A stretch of DNA of 62,960 nt from a virus (taxonomy: Duplodnaviria > Heunggongvirae > Uroviricota > Caudoviricetes), in the IMG/VR virus record IMGVR_UViG_3300021255_000060, positions 1 to 62,960 of that record; one strand, given 5' to 3'. Below, piece by piece: positions 1 to 11,598 of this stretch. Made by a program: the position numbers and the translations under genes. The notes below the pieces were generated by a model that saw nothing but the letters and a program-made list of their open reading frames with translations, made no database searches and was not told where the DNA came from. Each line of letters begins with the position of its first letter. Position 1 is the first letter of the stretch.

Positions 1-1
1 T

Positions 2-745
2 ACACTTAAGAAAGCTGAACAGCAAGCTATTGACAACTTCATTGAAGCTCGTGATATGGCTATGGTTTGGGGTAAATCCAATGTTGATGTAAACGGAAAA
101 CCTAAGATCTATGATGATGAAACTGGTCGTCCTATTGTTTCTTCTGATGGTCTTATTGCACAGCTTGAGCGTTTTGCTACTAAGTTTGTGTTCTCCAAAC
201 TTACTGTTGCATACTTCCAGAAGGCTCTCGCTACTATGGTAGCAAAATCTGTAAAGCCTACTGGCAACCAGTATCTATTCCTTTGCAATACTAGAATGTG
301 GAATGAAATCAATACTGTTCTTGATCGTTGGCTCGTTGAGCATAAGACTGATGGTGCAGTTCTTTATTCTAAGGGTGCTAATGGCTATGTAGAACTTGGT
401 GCAACTTATCATTCTTATGAATTTGCTGGTAACTCTATCCTCTTCAAGGTTGAAAGAACCTTTGACGTTGAGTTCCCTACTCGTAACTATGGTATTATGG
501 TTGACCTTACTGCTGATGGCATTTCTAACAAGCCTGCTATGGAAATGCTTACCTTCAAGGGTGGTCAGTTCATTCACAACTGGATTACTGGTGTTGGTGG
601 AAAGGATGGTCTTTCCTCTGGCGAAGTTTCTAGCCGTGTTGCAGCTAGCAAGATCATTGTTTGGGGTTATGCTGGTCTCGCATTTTACAATCCTTACCGT
701 AGTGTAATCTTCATTGGTGAGGAAACAAACAATCCGCTTTTCTAG
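2..745 (+). CDS. Major capsid protein, crAss-like (C-terminal part; 5' truncated by window edge)
   Basis: Frame is open from base 2 to TAG at 743-745. Motifs DETGRPIVSSDGLIAQLERFA, GATYHSYEFAGNSILFKVERTF and GVGGKDGLSSGEVSSRVAASK match recalled crAss-like MCP C-termini. Codon usage is typical of high expression. All 5 Trp are TGG. Confidence 0.9.
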   Translation, partial: TLKKAEQQAIDNFIEARDMAMVWGKSNVDVNGKPKIYDDETGRPIVSSDGLIAQLERFATKFVFSKLTVAYFQKALATMVAKSVKPTGNQYLFLCNTRMWNEINTVLDRWLVEHKTDGAVLYSKGANGYVELGATYHSYEFAGNSILFKVERTFDVEFPTRNYGIMVDLTADGISNKPAMEMLTFKGGQFIHNWITGVGGKDGLSSGEVSSRVAASKIIVWGYAGLAFYNPYRSVIFIGEETNNPLF

Positions 746-766
746 GATAATATAGAAAGAGAATAT

Positions 767-796
767 AAAGCCCGTCTTAACGGGCGGGCTTTTTAG
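767..796 (+). terminator. Intrinsic terminator after MCP
   Basis: aaagcccgtc-ttaacg-ggcgggcttt stem followed by a T-run. Confidence 0.8.
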
Positions 797-833
797 TTTT
801 TAGATAAGATGTTTCAGATAATTGAGAAATAAT

Positions 834-1658
834 ATGGAAAATAAAGTAATAACAATTAGATCGGTTTATAAAGTAAAGGAATATCATTTTCAGCCAACAA
901 AGCAAAGAAATGGACTAAATTGGCCTTGGGTAAAACCAACTAGAATTGGCCCAGATGGACGTTCAGAAATGATTATGTCTGATGCAGAACGTGCTAATCC
1001 AGATAGTGCGTATTTTATTCCAGAAGATAAGGACATAATTGTAACTGATGGAACAACGTTTAATCTTGCAGATCCGCTACAATACAATACTTGGATGGCA
1101 ATAAAAGATCATGATTTATTTGCTCCTGCAAGAAATGCAAGAGATGAAAATGGTGTTCTTCTAATTGATGGTGATGCTAAAAAATATGGAAATGCAGAAC
1201 TATATGTAGATGTTCCTGGTGAAGAATCAGAAAAAAGTGTAAATAGAAAGAAACTTATCATTCAGGCAATGACTATGGTAGAAAAAGATTCTGTTGATGG
1301 TCGTTTGACTAAATGTAAGTTACTTGGAAAGAACATGAAATATGCTCCATCTAGTGATGTAGAAGATTATCTATATCAGGAAGCTGAGAAAAATCCAAAT
1401 AAGATTATTGATCTTTATACAAATGGAGATACAGCTTTGAGACTTCTTCTTATTGAAGCAAAAGATAGACGAATCATTAATAAGAAGAATGGAGTGTACA
1501 TGTATGGTGATGCAATTCTGGGAATGACAGATGATGCTGTTATTATGTTCTTTAAAACACCATCTAATAAGACTGTGTTTGAAGCAATTAAAAAGGAAAC
1601 ATTCCCTCAGTTTACTCAGCAAACCGATGAACCTGAAACATCTAAATCTAAGAAATAA
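834..1658 (+). CDS. Conserved crAss-like protein directly downstream of MCP (gene-75-like)
   Basis: Uninterrupted ~274 aa ORF from ATG 834 to TAA. Conserved synteny position after MCP. No TGA. Confidence 0.7.
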   Translation: MENKVITIRSVYKVKEYHFQPTKQRNGLNWPWVKPTRIGPDGRSEMIMSDAERANPDSAYFIPEDKDIIVTDGTTFNLADPLQYNTWMAIKDHDLFAPARNARDENGVLLIDGDAKKYGNAELYVDVPGEESEKSVNRKKLIIQAMTMVEKDSVDGRLTKCKLLGKNMKYAPSSDVEDYLYQEAEKNPNKIIDLYTNGDTALRLLLIEAKDRRIINKKNGVYMYGDAILGMTDDAVIMFFKTPSNKTVFEAIKKETFPQFTQQTDEPETSKSKK

Positions 1659-1684
1659 TTAATTTGAAAATAACGATAGCCTAT

Positions 1685-2560
1685 ATGACAGAACTTGGAT
1701 TATATAATGTAGCCTTAATTGAGCAGAATAAGCAAGAGGCTCCAACATTGCTGATTGAAGAATATAATTATCTTATCAATAAGGCTATCATGCAATATAT
1801 CAATTTAACTTATGCTAGATTTGATTTAAATCAGCAAGCATCTGATGATTTGCGATGGCTACAAAAAAGTATAGAATTACCTGTGTTTAAACAGGCAAAA
1901 ATTATACAACCAGCAGAAGAAGCAAATTATGCAGTACAACTACCATCTGATTATTTACACATTCTTAACTGCACTACATTATTTAAGAAAAAGAGTTGTG
2001 TAAATGATGATAGTAAAAAATGTCCAACAGATGACGATGCTGATAATAACGTAGTATTTTCTTTGTGCAGAAGATTAACTGCAAATCAATATCCAGCAAT
2101 TATACAAAACGCTTATTTAAAACCAACATATAAAAGACCATATTTTTATATAACGGATTCGATGGAAAGTGAATCTGCTTCAACCTTATATTCTACAAAA
2201 TCCCCGGATTGTGGTGATGTTCCGGAATATGTTGAACCAGATTACACTAATCCTTGTGAAGTTGGAGACGATCATAAAATTATGGAGATTCGATGTGGTA
2301 AAAATAAATTGTATTGTCCTACTACAGTTTATGTTGATTATCTTAGAAAACCAAAAGAAATCAATCTTACGTGGGAACAAGTACAAAGCGTTGAAGATAC
2401 TACTCTAAATTGTGAATTCCCAGATGCTGTTGCATATGAAATAGTAAATATATTTATGAAATTACTATTTGAAAATGCTAGTGATCCAAGATTACAAAGT
2501 CATTTTGCAATTAATCAAACTGTTGGTGGAATTCCAACTACAGAGAGTAGTAAAAAATAG
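1685..2560 (+). CDS. Tail ring/neck protein, crAss conserved (gene-74-like)
   Basis: The N-terminus LIEQNKQEAPTLLIEEYNYLINKAIMQYIN..YARFDLNQQASDDLR and C-terminus CEFPDAVAYEIVNIFMKLLFENASDPRLQSH resemble crAss ring proteins. ATG 1685 preferred over TTG 1664. TAG stop. Confidence 0.7.
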   Translation: MTELGLYNVALIEQNKQEAPTLLIEEYNYLINKAIMQYINLTYARFDLNQQASDDLRWLQKSIELPVFKQAKIIQPAEEANYAVQLPSDYLHILNCTTLFKKKSCVNDDSKKCPTDDDADNNVVFSLCRRLTANQYPAIIQNAYLKPTYKRPYFYITDSMESESASTLYSTKSPDCGDVPEYVEPDYTNPCEVGDDHKIMEIRCGKNKLYCPTTVYVDYLRKPKEINLTWEQVQSVEDTTLNCEFPDAVAYEIVNIFMKLLFENASDPRLQSHFAINQTVGGIPTTESSKK

Positions 2561-2584
2561 TTTAATTCTTAAATTTAGAAAATT

Positions 2585-3469
2585 ATGTTTAATTACACAC
2601 ATGAAGTTATTATTAACGATAACAAAGGTAGTTTTAATGGCAAACGTTTTGGCACATATGACGATGCTGCAATTGGTGTAAAACATCTTGTTATCGAGCG
2701 CGGTGGTGACTATCGTAAGGACCTTATCTTCCCTCGTGGCGAAGGTGTCATCTTTAAGACTCCTGGCTATAATGGCGAGTATGCTACACTTACAGTTACT
2801 GCTCCTGCAAGTCTTCAAGCTGGTGACGTTCTACAGTTTACTGTGTTCGTAAAGCTTCTTGATCCAGCCGCTATTGCAGAATATGCATATCCTAACTGGG
2901 CATCTTTTGGAAAACCCATTATGGTTGGTTTTACTCATAAGACAGGTGCTACTTTTGCTGATGAACTCATTGAAGCTCTTAAGCTTGCAATTCCTTACAA
3001 TAACAAGTTTGTTACCGTAGAGAAAGACAATACAGATGTAGTTCTTACTGCAACAATGTTCGGGCTTGAGTTCACTGGTGCTCGTCTAGAGAAACTCACA
3101 GAAGGAACTTGTGATGGATGTACTTTTGATAAGTATGAGCTTGTAGAGGATGGTTATGAAACAACTCCTACTGTAATTCCTTTTGGAACTGGTGAGAAAC
3201 TTGTTGAAAACTATCGTTTCCCTACCTATGGCAATACTCATTATGCTCATCTCAATGGTGATGAGACCCCCGTTCCTGGTGCTCTTTACACAATGTATTC
3301 TTTCTCCTATGATTCCCCTCGTCCTGGATTTGGCGGAATCTCTGGTGTTGGTCAGAAAGTAGACGCTATCACTCGTCACATTTATTGGGTTAAGAGTGAT
3401 GTTGTTAGTGATTTCGAAGCAGCTCTTACTGCTCTTGGAATTACTCCTACTGCACCATCCGGTGAATAA
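2585..3469 (+). CDS. Probable high-copy virion protein (auxiliary capsid protein-like)
   Basis: 294 aa with the same high-expression codon bias as MCP, followed by a terminator. The function is inferred from position only. Confidence 0.55.
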   Translation: MFNYTHEVIINDNKGSFNGKRFGTYDDAAIGVKHLVIERGGDYRKDLIFPRGEGVIFKTPGYNGEYATLTVTAPASLQAGDVLQFTVFVKLLDPAAIAEYAYPNWASFGKPIMVGFTHKTGATFADELIEALKLAIPYNNKFVTVEKDNTDVVLTATMFGLEFTGARLEKLTEGTCDGCTFDKYELVEDGYETTPTVIPFGTGEKLVENYRFPTYGNTHYAHLNGDETPVPGALYTMYSFSYDSPRPGFGGISGVGQKVDAITRHIYWVKSDVVSDFEAALTALGITPTAPSGE

Positions 3470-3498
3470 ATAGAACTACAATAAATAATGTATGTTTG

Positions 3499-3530
3499 GG
3501 CGAGTGAGAGCTTTCTCGCTCGCCTTTTTT
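3499..3530 (+). terminator. Intrinsic terminator
   Basis: ggcgagtgag-agcttt-ctcgctcgcc stem followed by T6. Confidence 0.85.
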
Positions 3531-3544
3531 AACTTATATAAGTC

Positions 3545-4213
3545 ATGGAAATAAGTCAAATGGCGTCTGCAATTTGAAATGATATAGAAGCAGGATTAAG
3601 CAATATGAATGCAAATCCTAATCTATCTCTAGAACAACTTGAAGACGAAATCATAGAAAAGCGAGAAGCTATCATTAAAGAGTGGTATCTTAAAGGCCTA
3701 TTAAAGCCCCATGACTTAATGTTAGCTATTAATTGTGTAAAAGTGGATTGTTCTGATCCCGCTAAATGTTGTATTACTCCTTCTGGTAAATCAGAAATGC
3801 ATTTTGAAATTCCCGTTTTATTAAATGATTTGGGATATGATGCAATAGAGTGAATTGGAAGTGCAGATAGAGGTGAGAGATACGATGTATACTATAGTCC
3901 AGATGCTTTAAAATATAGAAAGTATAAGAGACATGGTGCAGACAAACCTTACGTGTATATAGAAAAAGCTCCAAATAAAAATGGAATGTATGATGGTTGG
4001 GTATTTAATGTACCATTTGCTAAAATAATTTCAGTTATAGGTGTTTTTAAAGATCCAAGACAATTAGAACAATTTAACTGCTGTGACGCTCATAATTATT
4101 TGGAGTTAGGTTCCGTATCAGATGAAATTAAAAGAAGATTAACTGAGCAAAAATTACGTTATTATAGAGGTGCTAATGCTCAGGTCCTACCTAATACACA
4201 AACACCTAGATAA
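3545..4213 (+). CDS. Conserved crAss tail/neck structural protein (TGA=Trp, 2 codons)
   Basis: ATG 3545, MEISQMASAI(W)NDIEAGL..LSLEQLEDEIIEKREAIIKEW. Track ORFs 3605-3853 and 3953-4213 share one frame and are separated only by TGA. Ends TAA. Confidence 0.8.
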
Positions 4214-4905
4214 TGGCTTTACATAATTTTAATGCTGCTTATGGATTGGCAGATTCCTTATATGGAATTACTTTAAGTGAAACGGAATTTGAAGATATTG
4301 CTTTAAATGGTTGATCGCTAATTGGAAACAAGCACACTCGATTATATAGATATATCGGAAATGTAGTTGATGGCAAATTAGATTTACCATGTAATGTAGA
4401 TGTAATCGAATCTGTTCATGTTCCAATTAATGATGCACAAATGACAAGTAATCAATCTGATATAGGATTTGTTGATTCTTTGTGAACTGAAAACTATATT
4501 GATTTTTGAAAAAGAAACGAAGATCCTTATTGAACAAGAGGAAAGTATGTAAAATATGATGAAGGTAATGGTGTGTTGTACTTCAGTCATAATTACAAAC
4601 ACGTGATGGTTGTCTATCATGGTATTTTGGCAGATAATGAAACAGGACTACCTTTGTTAAATGATAAAGAACTAAGAGCTGTTGCTGCATATGTTGCATA
4701 TGTTTCTTTGTACAAAGAAGGGATTCGCAAAAGAGATGGAAATCTAATTCAGTTAGCCCAAACAATTAAAGCCGATTGATTACAATTGTGTAATTCTGCA
4801 AGAATTCCAGAACAATTTAGTCAAAATGATATGGATAGAATACTTGATGTTAAGGTTAGATGGGATAGAAAAGCCTATGGTAAAAGCCTAAAGCCAATTT
4901 TATAA
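4213..4905 (+). CDS. Tail tubular/ring protein (Ttub-like; TGA=Trp, 5 codons)
   Basis: TAATG-coupled start. MALHNFNAAYGLADSLYGI..IALNG(W)SLIGNKHTRLYRY and C-terminal QNDMDRILDVKVRWDRKAYGK match recalled crAss Ttub. Ends TAA 4903-4905. Confidence 0.8.
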
Positions 4906-5348
4906 TGCATTACAAAACTGGATATTGTTTTACTCCTAAAGATTTATTTGAAACAATGAATCTTAGAGTACTTGGTATAAAAAGAGATTATTATAGAGGA
5001 GAAGGGAAATCAGAGGGTCTTACATATTTTGTATGTAAGGTTTTTCTCTATTATATGTATTTGGTTTTAATGGACATTATAGAAAATAATGTAACCTTTT
5101 GCTTACCATTAAAAGGTAATAGATCTGCAAGTATTTATGTAAAAGTATTTGATGGAGACGATTTTCAAAAGTTATATTCTGCTGGTAAATTCACCGGAAT
5201 TGATTTTTTAAATTCAATGTTTAAAGGATATCAAATATTTTATAGATATAATTGTAAAAGTGGGGATAAAGAAAAACCAATCTACATAAACAACAAGTTG
5301 AAAGATAAATTTTATAGCTACATAAACGAAGGAAAGATTTATTATTAA
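4905..5348 (+). CDS. Conserved crAss protein (IHF-like by synteny)
   Basis: 147 aa ORF with TAATG coupling on both sides. Occupies the position of the crAss IHF-like pair between Ttub and Tstab. Confidence 0.55.
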   Translation: MHYKTGYCFTPKDLFETMNLRVLGIKRDYYRGEGKSEGLTYFVCKVFLYYMYLVLMDIIENNVTFCLPLKGNRSASIYVKVFDGDDFQKLYSAGKFTGIDFLNSMFKGYQIFYRYNCKSGDKEKPIYINNKLKDKFYSYINEGKIYY

Positions 5349-5944
5349 TGGAGTTAGTTACGTGTGAAAAATATTACGAAAAAGTAAAAGAGAGATTCCC
5401 AGGTTTAACATATGGACAAATAGATAGAATTGTTAAACATGGCTTATTGTCTTATTATATGGTTAATGCTTATGGTGGTGATGTACTATTTAAACACCCA
5501 AAATACACAATGTATACTGGAAGATTGTTTAAAAACAAACTATCTTTCTATAAGTATTGACGATTAAAATGAAAAATTAAACTTCGTATAAAATACTATC
5601 GTAATAAAACTAAATTTGACGGATATTATTATTTTGGAATGAACGAAGATGAATTTAAAAACTATCAATCTCAATTCAAGAAAAAGGTTGGCAAAAGAAG
5701 AACTAAAATTAAACTTGATAATGTTTTTATGTATAAAATATTAGATGAAGCCATCCTTGATCATTCCAAAAAATATTTTTTTAAAATTGCATATCCTGAA
5801 GATTGTGGATTCATAATGAATAAAAAGGAGTATGTGGCTAGAGATATACAATATATATTAAAAAGAAATAAAGACAATTCAATAGAACCTGTAAGTTATG
5901 AGCAAACAAACAGCAACAAATACGTGAAACGACGGATTAAATAA
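5348..5944 (+). CDS. Conserved basic crAss protein (second IHF-like gene; TGA=Trp, 2 codons)
   Basis: Track ORFs 5348-5560 and 5639-5944 are in one frame, joined by YKY(W)RLK(W)KIKLRIKY. Ends TAA. Confidence 0.65.
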
Positions 5945-8900
5945 AGATTTAAATCCAGTTATTACTCCAAATACAGTTCTTACAGATAATTTGAATGGAA
6001 CTTTTATTACATATAATGGAAACGAATTTTCTCTGCAGAACGATATGGGTAATATTGGACCTATAAATCTATCAAAAGGATTTTTTCCTATTGGACTTAC
6101 AGAGTTCGGAGACATTATATATATTATATCAATTAACGAGAATTCTGGAGAATTTGAAATCGGTTCTTTTCCAGCTCTTCCAGATGATGCATTGGAAGAG
6201 GTTGCAACTGATTTAATTCAAGAGTATCGCCCTTTTAAAAATTTAATCAAATCTAAAAGTTCAGTAAAGTTTAGAACACTTGCTTTATCTGGATATGATA
6301 GAAAGCATCCAGTTTCTATAGAAGTTCAACCTTCATATGATGGTTCTGTTAATCTAATATTTACAGATAATCAAAATGTTCCAAGACTAATTAATTCTGG
6401 TTTTGCTGTATTAAAAAATGGGCAGGGAAAGCGAATAAAAAGAAATCAAGGAACAAAAACTAATTATTATGAAGAATCTAAACTAGAATGAACAAGTAGA
6501 TTGATTAACAACACGCCTAATTTTACAAATGTAGATTTAAATGAAGTTGCTGCTGGTGGACAATTAAAAGGTGGGAATTATACATTTTATGTACAATTTG
6601 GAGATGAGGACGGAAATAAAACAGACATTGTTTGTGAATCTGGGATAGTTTCTGTATTTAAAGGTACTGTTGGAAAACCAAATACCATATCTGGCACTTT
6701 ACAGGACGAATTAACCGATAAGTTAATATCGTTAAAAATAAATGATTGCGATACTAATTTTTCTAGAATATATCTATCTTATACTAGAGAGTATTGTGAT
6801 CAATTAGGCTATAGACTAGTTGAAGCAAAAACGTTTACAGAACCATATAAACTTGATTCTACAGAAGAAACAATAATTATTTCTGGTGTTGAATCTGTAC
6901 AACCTATATCAATAGAAGAACTTAATATTGGATATCATACCGTTTCTTCTGTTAAAGCTATGGCTCAACAACAAAATATGTTGTTTTTAGGAAATATTAC
7001 TTCTGAACAACCAAACAGTGCAAAATTACAATATTTAAGTTATCAAGTTAATGTAGGTGTATCTCAATCAGATACTGTTGGATATATTGATAGTTCTACA
7101 TATGAAAGTAATAATGGTGGAGAATATTACAATCCACAAAACATATATTATAAATTAGGATATTGACCAGACGAGTTATATCGACTTGGTATAGTTTATA
7201 TCAATCAAGATGGTACAACTACCGATGTATACAATCTAAAAGGATGTGTATTATCAATTAATGATGAAGGTTCAGATTATAACAATGATGAAACACATAC
7301 GCAAGTTATTGATGAAAACGTATCAAATTTGGATGATTCTGGTGTATTTTTAAAAAATACAACAAAACAAGATAATATTTTTGGTGTGTTTAAGACTCCA
7401 GATTTAAATATTTTACGTACTGGTAATATTTATCCTATATCATTTTGAGTTAATATTCCTTTAGATGTACAAACAGAGTTATCTTCAATGGGTATATCTG
7501 GATATTTCATCGTTAGACAAAAACGCATTCCGTTAACTTTATGCCAAGGATTTAGTGTAAATATTGCAAAACATTCTTATATTCCCGTTTTAACTTTGGA
7601 TTCAGGAGAGTCTATTACACAAGGGTTTTTATCAGATATAGAACAATTAGAAAACACATTACAATATAAAGAGTTTTCTCAAAATACAGAAGCTTTTACT
7701 CCAAGTGAAGAAAGTTTAAAACTATGCTATCTTTTTAGAGAAAGTAAAAAATACACTAATAATTGAGCAATCAAAAGTACTTGATGAAGATTTAAGGTAT
7801 ACACAATGGATTCAAATGGATATGATCAATGCGTTTTTACATCTAGTTGAAAGGATAAACAATCTAATGCTAGAGAACAAGCAGAAGATTATGTAGATAG
7901 TAAAAATTTAGTTTATGTCAATCCAGACGATCATGTGTTTGATACAACAAATTATTTTAGGAATATTGTTTTAAAACAAGTTGGTACTAAAGAGTTGTTT
8001 AATAAAATAGCTGTTACAGAAATGCAAAACAATTCTTCTGGGTTAATTTGCGTTGATGCTATGTTAAATCCTGAAACTCAATCTACTTTATGTGGAACAG
8101 AATTTAAATTAGTAAAGAGTAACGCTTGTAAATTAATTCAGAATGGATTAATGTTTTTATCTAACGAATATGAAACACCACAAAAAACGAGTGTAAAAGC
8201 AAAATTAACATATATTCCTAGTAATAATCCGCTTAAATGAATTGAAAACGTTGGATTTAGTACACAACAAGGTAGTGCAGAAAATATTAGATCTTTTGGT
8301 TCGGTTAACAATACTGTAAAAGACGAAGATGCAAAAATATCTCAAGGGGAAAGACTAAATTTTGTTAGAGGCTTATATTGTCCGTATATTGCAACAGTAT
8401 TAAAAGACAAATTAACTCCAAATACAATATACAGCATTCGTTCTAATGATTTGAGTTCTAATTATACAAATGAAATTGTTGCAAGAAGTAATAATTCATC
8501 TGAATATTATGTTATTACAAATAAGACAAAACTCAATTTTGGAATAGATACTATTTATCGTGGAGACTGTTTTTCTAATACCGTTACAGTTAGAATTATT
8601 AGAAATTTTATTGATCCTAATGTTCCTGTTGCAGATAAAATTGTCTCTCCAGATTCTTGAAAAGAAAATTATAAAGGTTTTGACAATACTGGAGATGGAG
8701 ACGATAAAACACAATGAAATAAAATTAACTTGTCTGATGTAAATACAGTTTCATTAGGACACTGGTTGACATATAAATGTCTATCTAACTACAATCTTGG
8801 ATTACGTTCTGAAGACACATTCCATACAGATGAAATGGCATTAATGGGGAACTCAAGAAGTTTTTATCCTTTAATCGGAGCGTCTACTGCAACATCTATG

Positions 8901-10337
8901 AAAGTACCAGAATCCGAATTATTAAATAATGGATATTCTGCAACAGTAAGTAGAAGAAGAAACATCTTACATCAAAATACTCCATATGAAAAGAATGAGT
9001 TTTCTAATAGGGTTATGTTTTCAAATGTAAACGTTACTGATTCTTTTACAAATGGATATAGAACATTCCAAGGATTATCTTATCAAGATTACACTAAGCA
9101 ATTTGGATCAATTATTAAATTAGTTCCTTGAGGAAATCATTTGTTCTGCGTTTTTGAACATGGTTTAGCAATGCTTCCAGTAAATGAAAAGGCATTAATG
9201 CAAACCACTACAGAACAAACAATTCATATATATGGACACGGTGTACTTCCAGAACAATTATCTATAATTTCCCAAGATTTTGGTAGTTTGTGAGCAGATT
9301 CTGTTATAAGAACGCCGATTGGTATTTATGGAGTTGATACAGATGCTAAGAAAATATGACGATACACAGATAAAAATGGATTAGAAACCTTATCTGATAT
9401 GAAATTACAGCGGTTTTTAAATGACCGTATAAACTTAAAATTAAATCGTCAAGAATATCTTGGATATACAAATGTAAAAACCCATTATAATAATTATAAA
9501 GGCGATGTAATGTTTACATTTTATCATGAAGATGAAGTTTGGAATCTTTGTTATAATGAACGACAAAATTTATGAATTACGAGATATGATTGAATTCCAC
9601 TTCATTCTGGAAATATAAATAATCGTTTTTACACACTGCCTCTTATAAAATCTGTAGATCAAACTTCAGAAATTGGTATTTGGAAACACGGTAGAATTGG
9701 AATTGATTATAATTTCAAACCCACTAATTGATATGGAGAACAACATCCATTTGAAATAGAATTTGTAGTAAATGATCCACAAGGTATACACAAAATATTT
9801 GAAAATTTAGTAATAATTTCAAATAATGTGCAACCTAAAGAATTAGAGTTTGAATTTGTTGGTGATTCTTATTTGTTTAACAAAGCAAGAATTTATCACG
9901 ACTATCATGGAAACTCAAAACAAATATACGGTAATATTGGTACAGACACTCCATATGATTATCAAACAAATTACTATTCTAAAGACGATTATATTCAACC
10001 TGATTTATCACCATTGTTCTATAATGCAGATATTGGATATGATCCGGTATTAGATGAATATACGTTAATTGTAAATCAACCTTGTAAAAATGTTGAAACA
10101 TATGGTAGAAGGTTGGGAAATATTCAGTATAAAGAGGATGGCTGATATACAAATATTGAACCACTTAGATTTAATAAAAAATTAAAAGATTATGATGCTG
10201 AAACATTCTCTAATAAAGATGAATTTGTCTCTACGAAGTTAAGAGATAAATGAGTTAAAATTAGAGTTAAATATAAGGGAGATCAATTAGCAATCATTAA
10301 TGCAATATCTACACTTGAAAATATAAGTTATGCCTAA
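5898..10337 (+). CDS. Tail stabilisation / muzzle protein (Tstab-like, ~1479 aa; ~19 TGA=Trp)
   Basis: ATG 5898, MSKQTATNT(W)NDGLNKDLNP..NGTFITYNGNEFSLQNDMGN. One frame with only TGA interruptions to TAA 10335-10337. Motifs YYKLGY(W)PDELYRLGIVYI, FGSL(W)ADS, KKI(W)R, PTN(W)YGEQHPFEIEFVV, RDK(W)VKIRVKY. Confidence 0.9.
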
Positions 10338-11598
10338 CACAGAACCATTAAGAAGCACGGCAAATGGTGCCGCTGGTGTAAGAAATAAAACTCCGATTGC
10401 AGGTCTTGATCCTAGAAGTTTTTTACAAAAAACAGCACAAAAACAATTAAGTGATCAGATTCGATTAAATGGTCAGCTTGCTAAAAGGCCTGATTCAGAA
10501 CCTGCTGGTATAGATGCAAGTGAAACTGCACAAGGTGGTAATTTTTCTTCATTTATGAATGGAGCAGGAAAATATGCAGCAAAAGGTATTGGTGCAGTTG
10601 GAAGTGCAATGTCATCAATGAATGATACGGTTAGTGAACAGTCATTAGCAATGCGTAATGGTATTTCAGATGCGGCAATTAATTCTGGAAATCCTATTGC
10701 TATGGCAATTGGTGCAGCTGCGAAAGTTGTGGATGCTATTGGTGATGCTACTGGTTTTCACATTGATGATCTTGATAAGGATGCAGCTAAAGATGCTGGA
10801 GTATCTGGTGGAGCAGCATTCTTAAATAATGCAATGAACGCATTACCTGGTAATAGTTTATTAATGGCTGCATTTTCTCCTGGAAAAACCAAAGAATCTA
10901 AATCTCTTAGTGAAGAAGGTGAAGCAATCGAATCTGGATATACTGGTGTTGCATCAGACATACAATCTGCAGGAAAATTATCTGGAAAACGCACTCTGTT
11001 TGGAATTGGAAGAAATAAAATCAATAGGTTCATTGATGATACTAATAGAAAAGTTGATTTAATGAATGAAATTGGACATACTAATGCACTTAGAAAATCA
11101 TCTAATTATGGTGTTGATTTAGCACAACAAAATTTAAATCGTTATGCTGGAACTAATTATATGATGAATGCTGTTGGAAGAAACGGAATGAAATTAATTG
11201 ATTTAGATACAGCAAGATACATATTAGAAAAAAGGAAAAGTGTAGAAAAATTCCAAAAAGGTGGTACTATTGGAATAGATACAAATGTTCTTCCAGAAGG
11301 TAGTTTACATGCAAGATTAAATCATTTATCTGATATAAATCCAGATCTCGAAGAAGCTACTAAAAAAGGTATTCCTGTAATGGCTGGTGAACAAGGGGGA
11401 GAACTATCTCAAGTTGCAGAAATAGAACATTCTGAATTAATTCTTAGATTAGAAGTAACACAGAAAATTGAAGAATTAATGAAAGATGGGTCTGATGAAG
11501 CAATGATTGAGGCTGGAAAACTTTTATGCACAGAAATTATTGATAATACGCAAGATAATATGGGACAAATAACAGAGGAGGTGGAAGATGGCAAGTAA
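10330..11598 (+). CDS. Virion cargo protein (crAss cargo C1-like), Ala/Gly-rich
   Basis: 422 aa. C-terminal NVLPEGSLHARLNHL..TKKGIPV..QVAEIEHSELILR as in crAss proteins downstream of Tstab. Contains KFQKGG. Confidence 0.65.
   Translation: MPNTEPLRSTANGAAGVRNKTPIAGLDPRSFLQKTAQKQLSDQIRLNGQLAKRPDSEPAGIDASETAQGGNFSSFMNGAGKYAAKGIGAVGSAMSSMNDTVSEQSLAMRNGISDAAINSGNPIAMAIGAAAKVVDAIGDATGFHIDDLDKDAAKDAGVSGGAAFLNNAMNALPGNSLLMAAFSPGKTKESKSLSEEGEAIESGYTGVASDIQSAGKLSGKRTLFGIGRNKINRFIDDTNRKVDLMNEIGHTNALRKSSNYGVDLAQQNLNRYAGTNYMMNAVGRNGMKLIDLDTARYILEKRKSVEKFQKGGTIGIDTNVLPEGSLHARLNHLSDINPDLEEATKKGIPVMAGEQGGELSQVAEIEHSELILRLEVTQKIEELMKDGSDEAMIEAGKLLCTEIIDNTQDNMGQITEEVEDGK

Noticed and set aside
1664-1684. TTG start at 1664 for the ring protein
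   Set aside because: Recalled homologs begin at the MT-x-x-x-Y position, matching ATG 1685.
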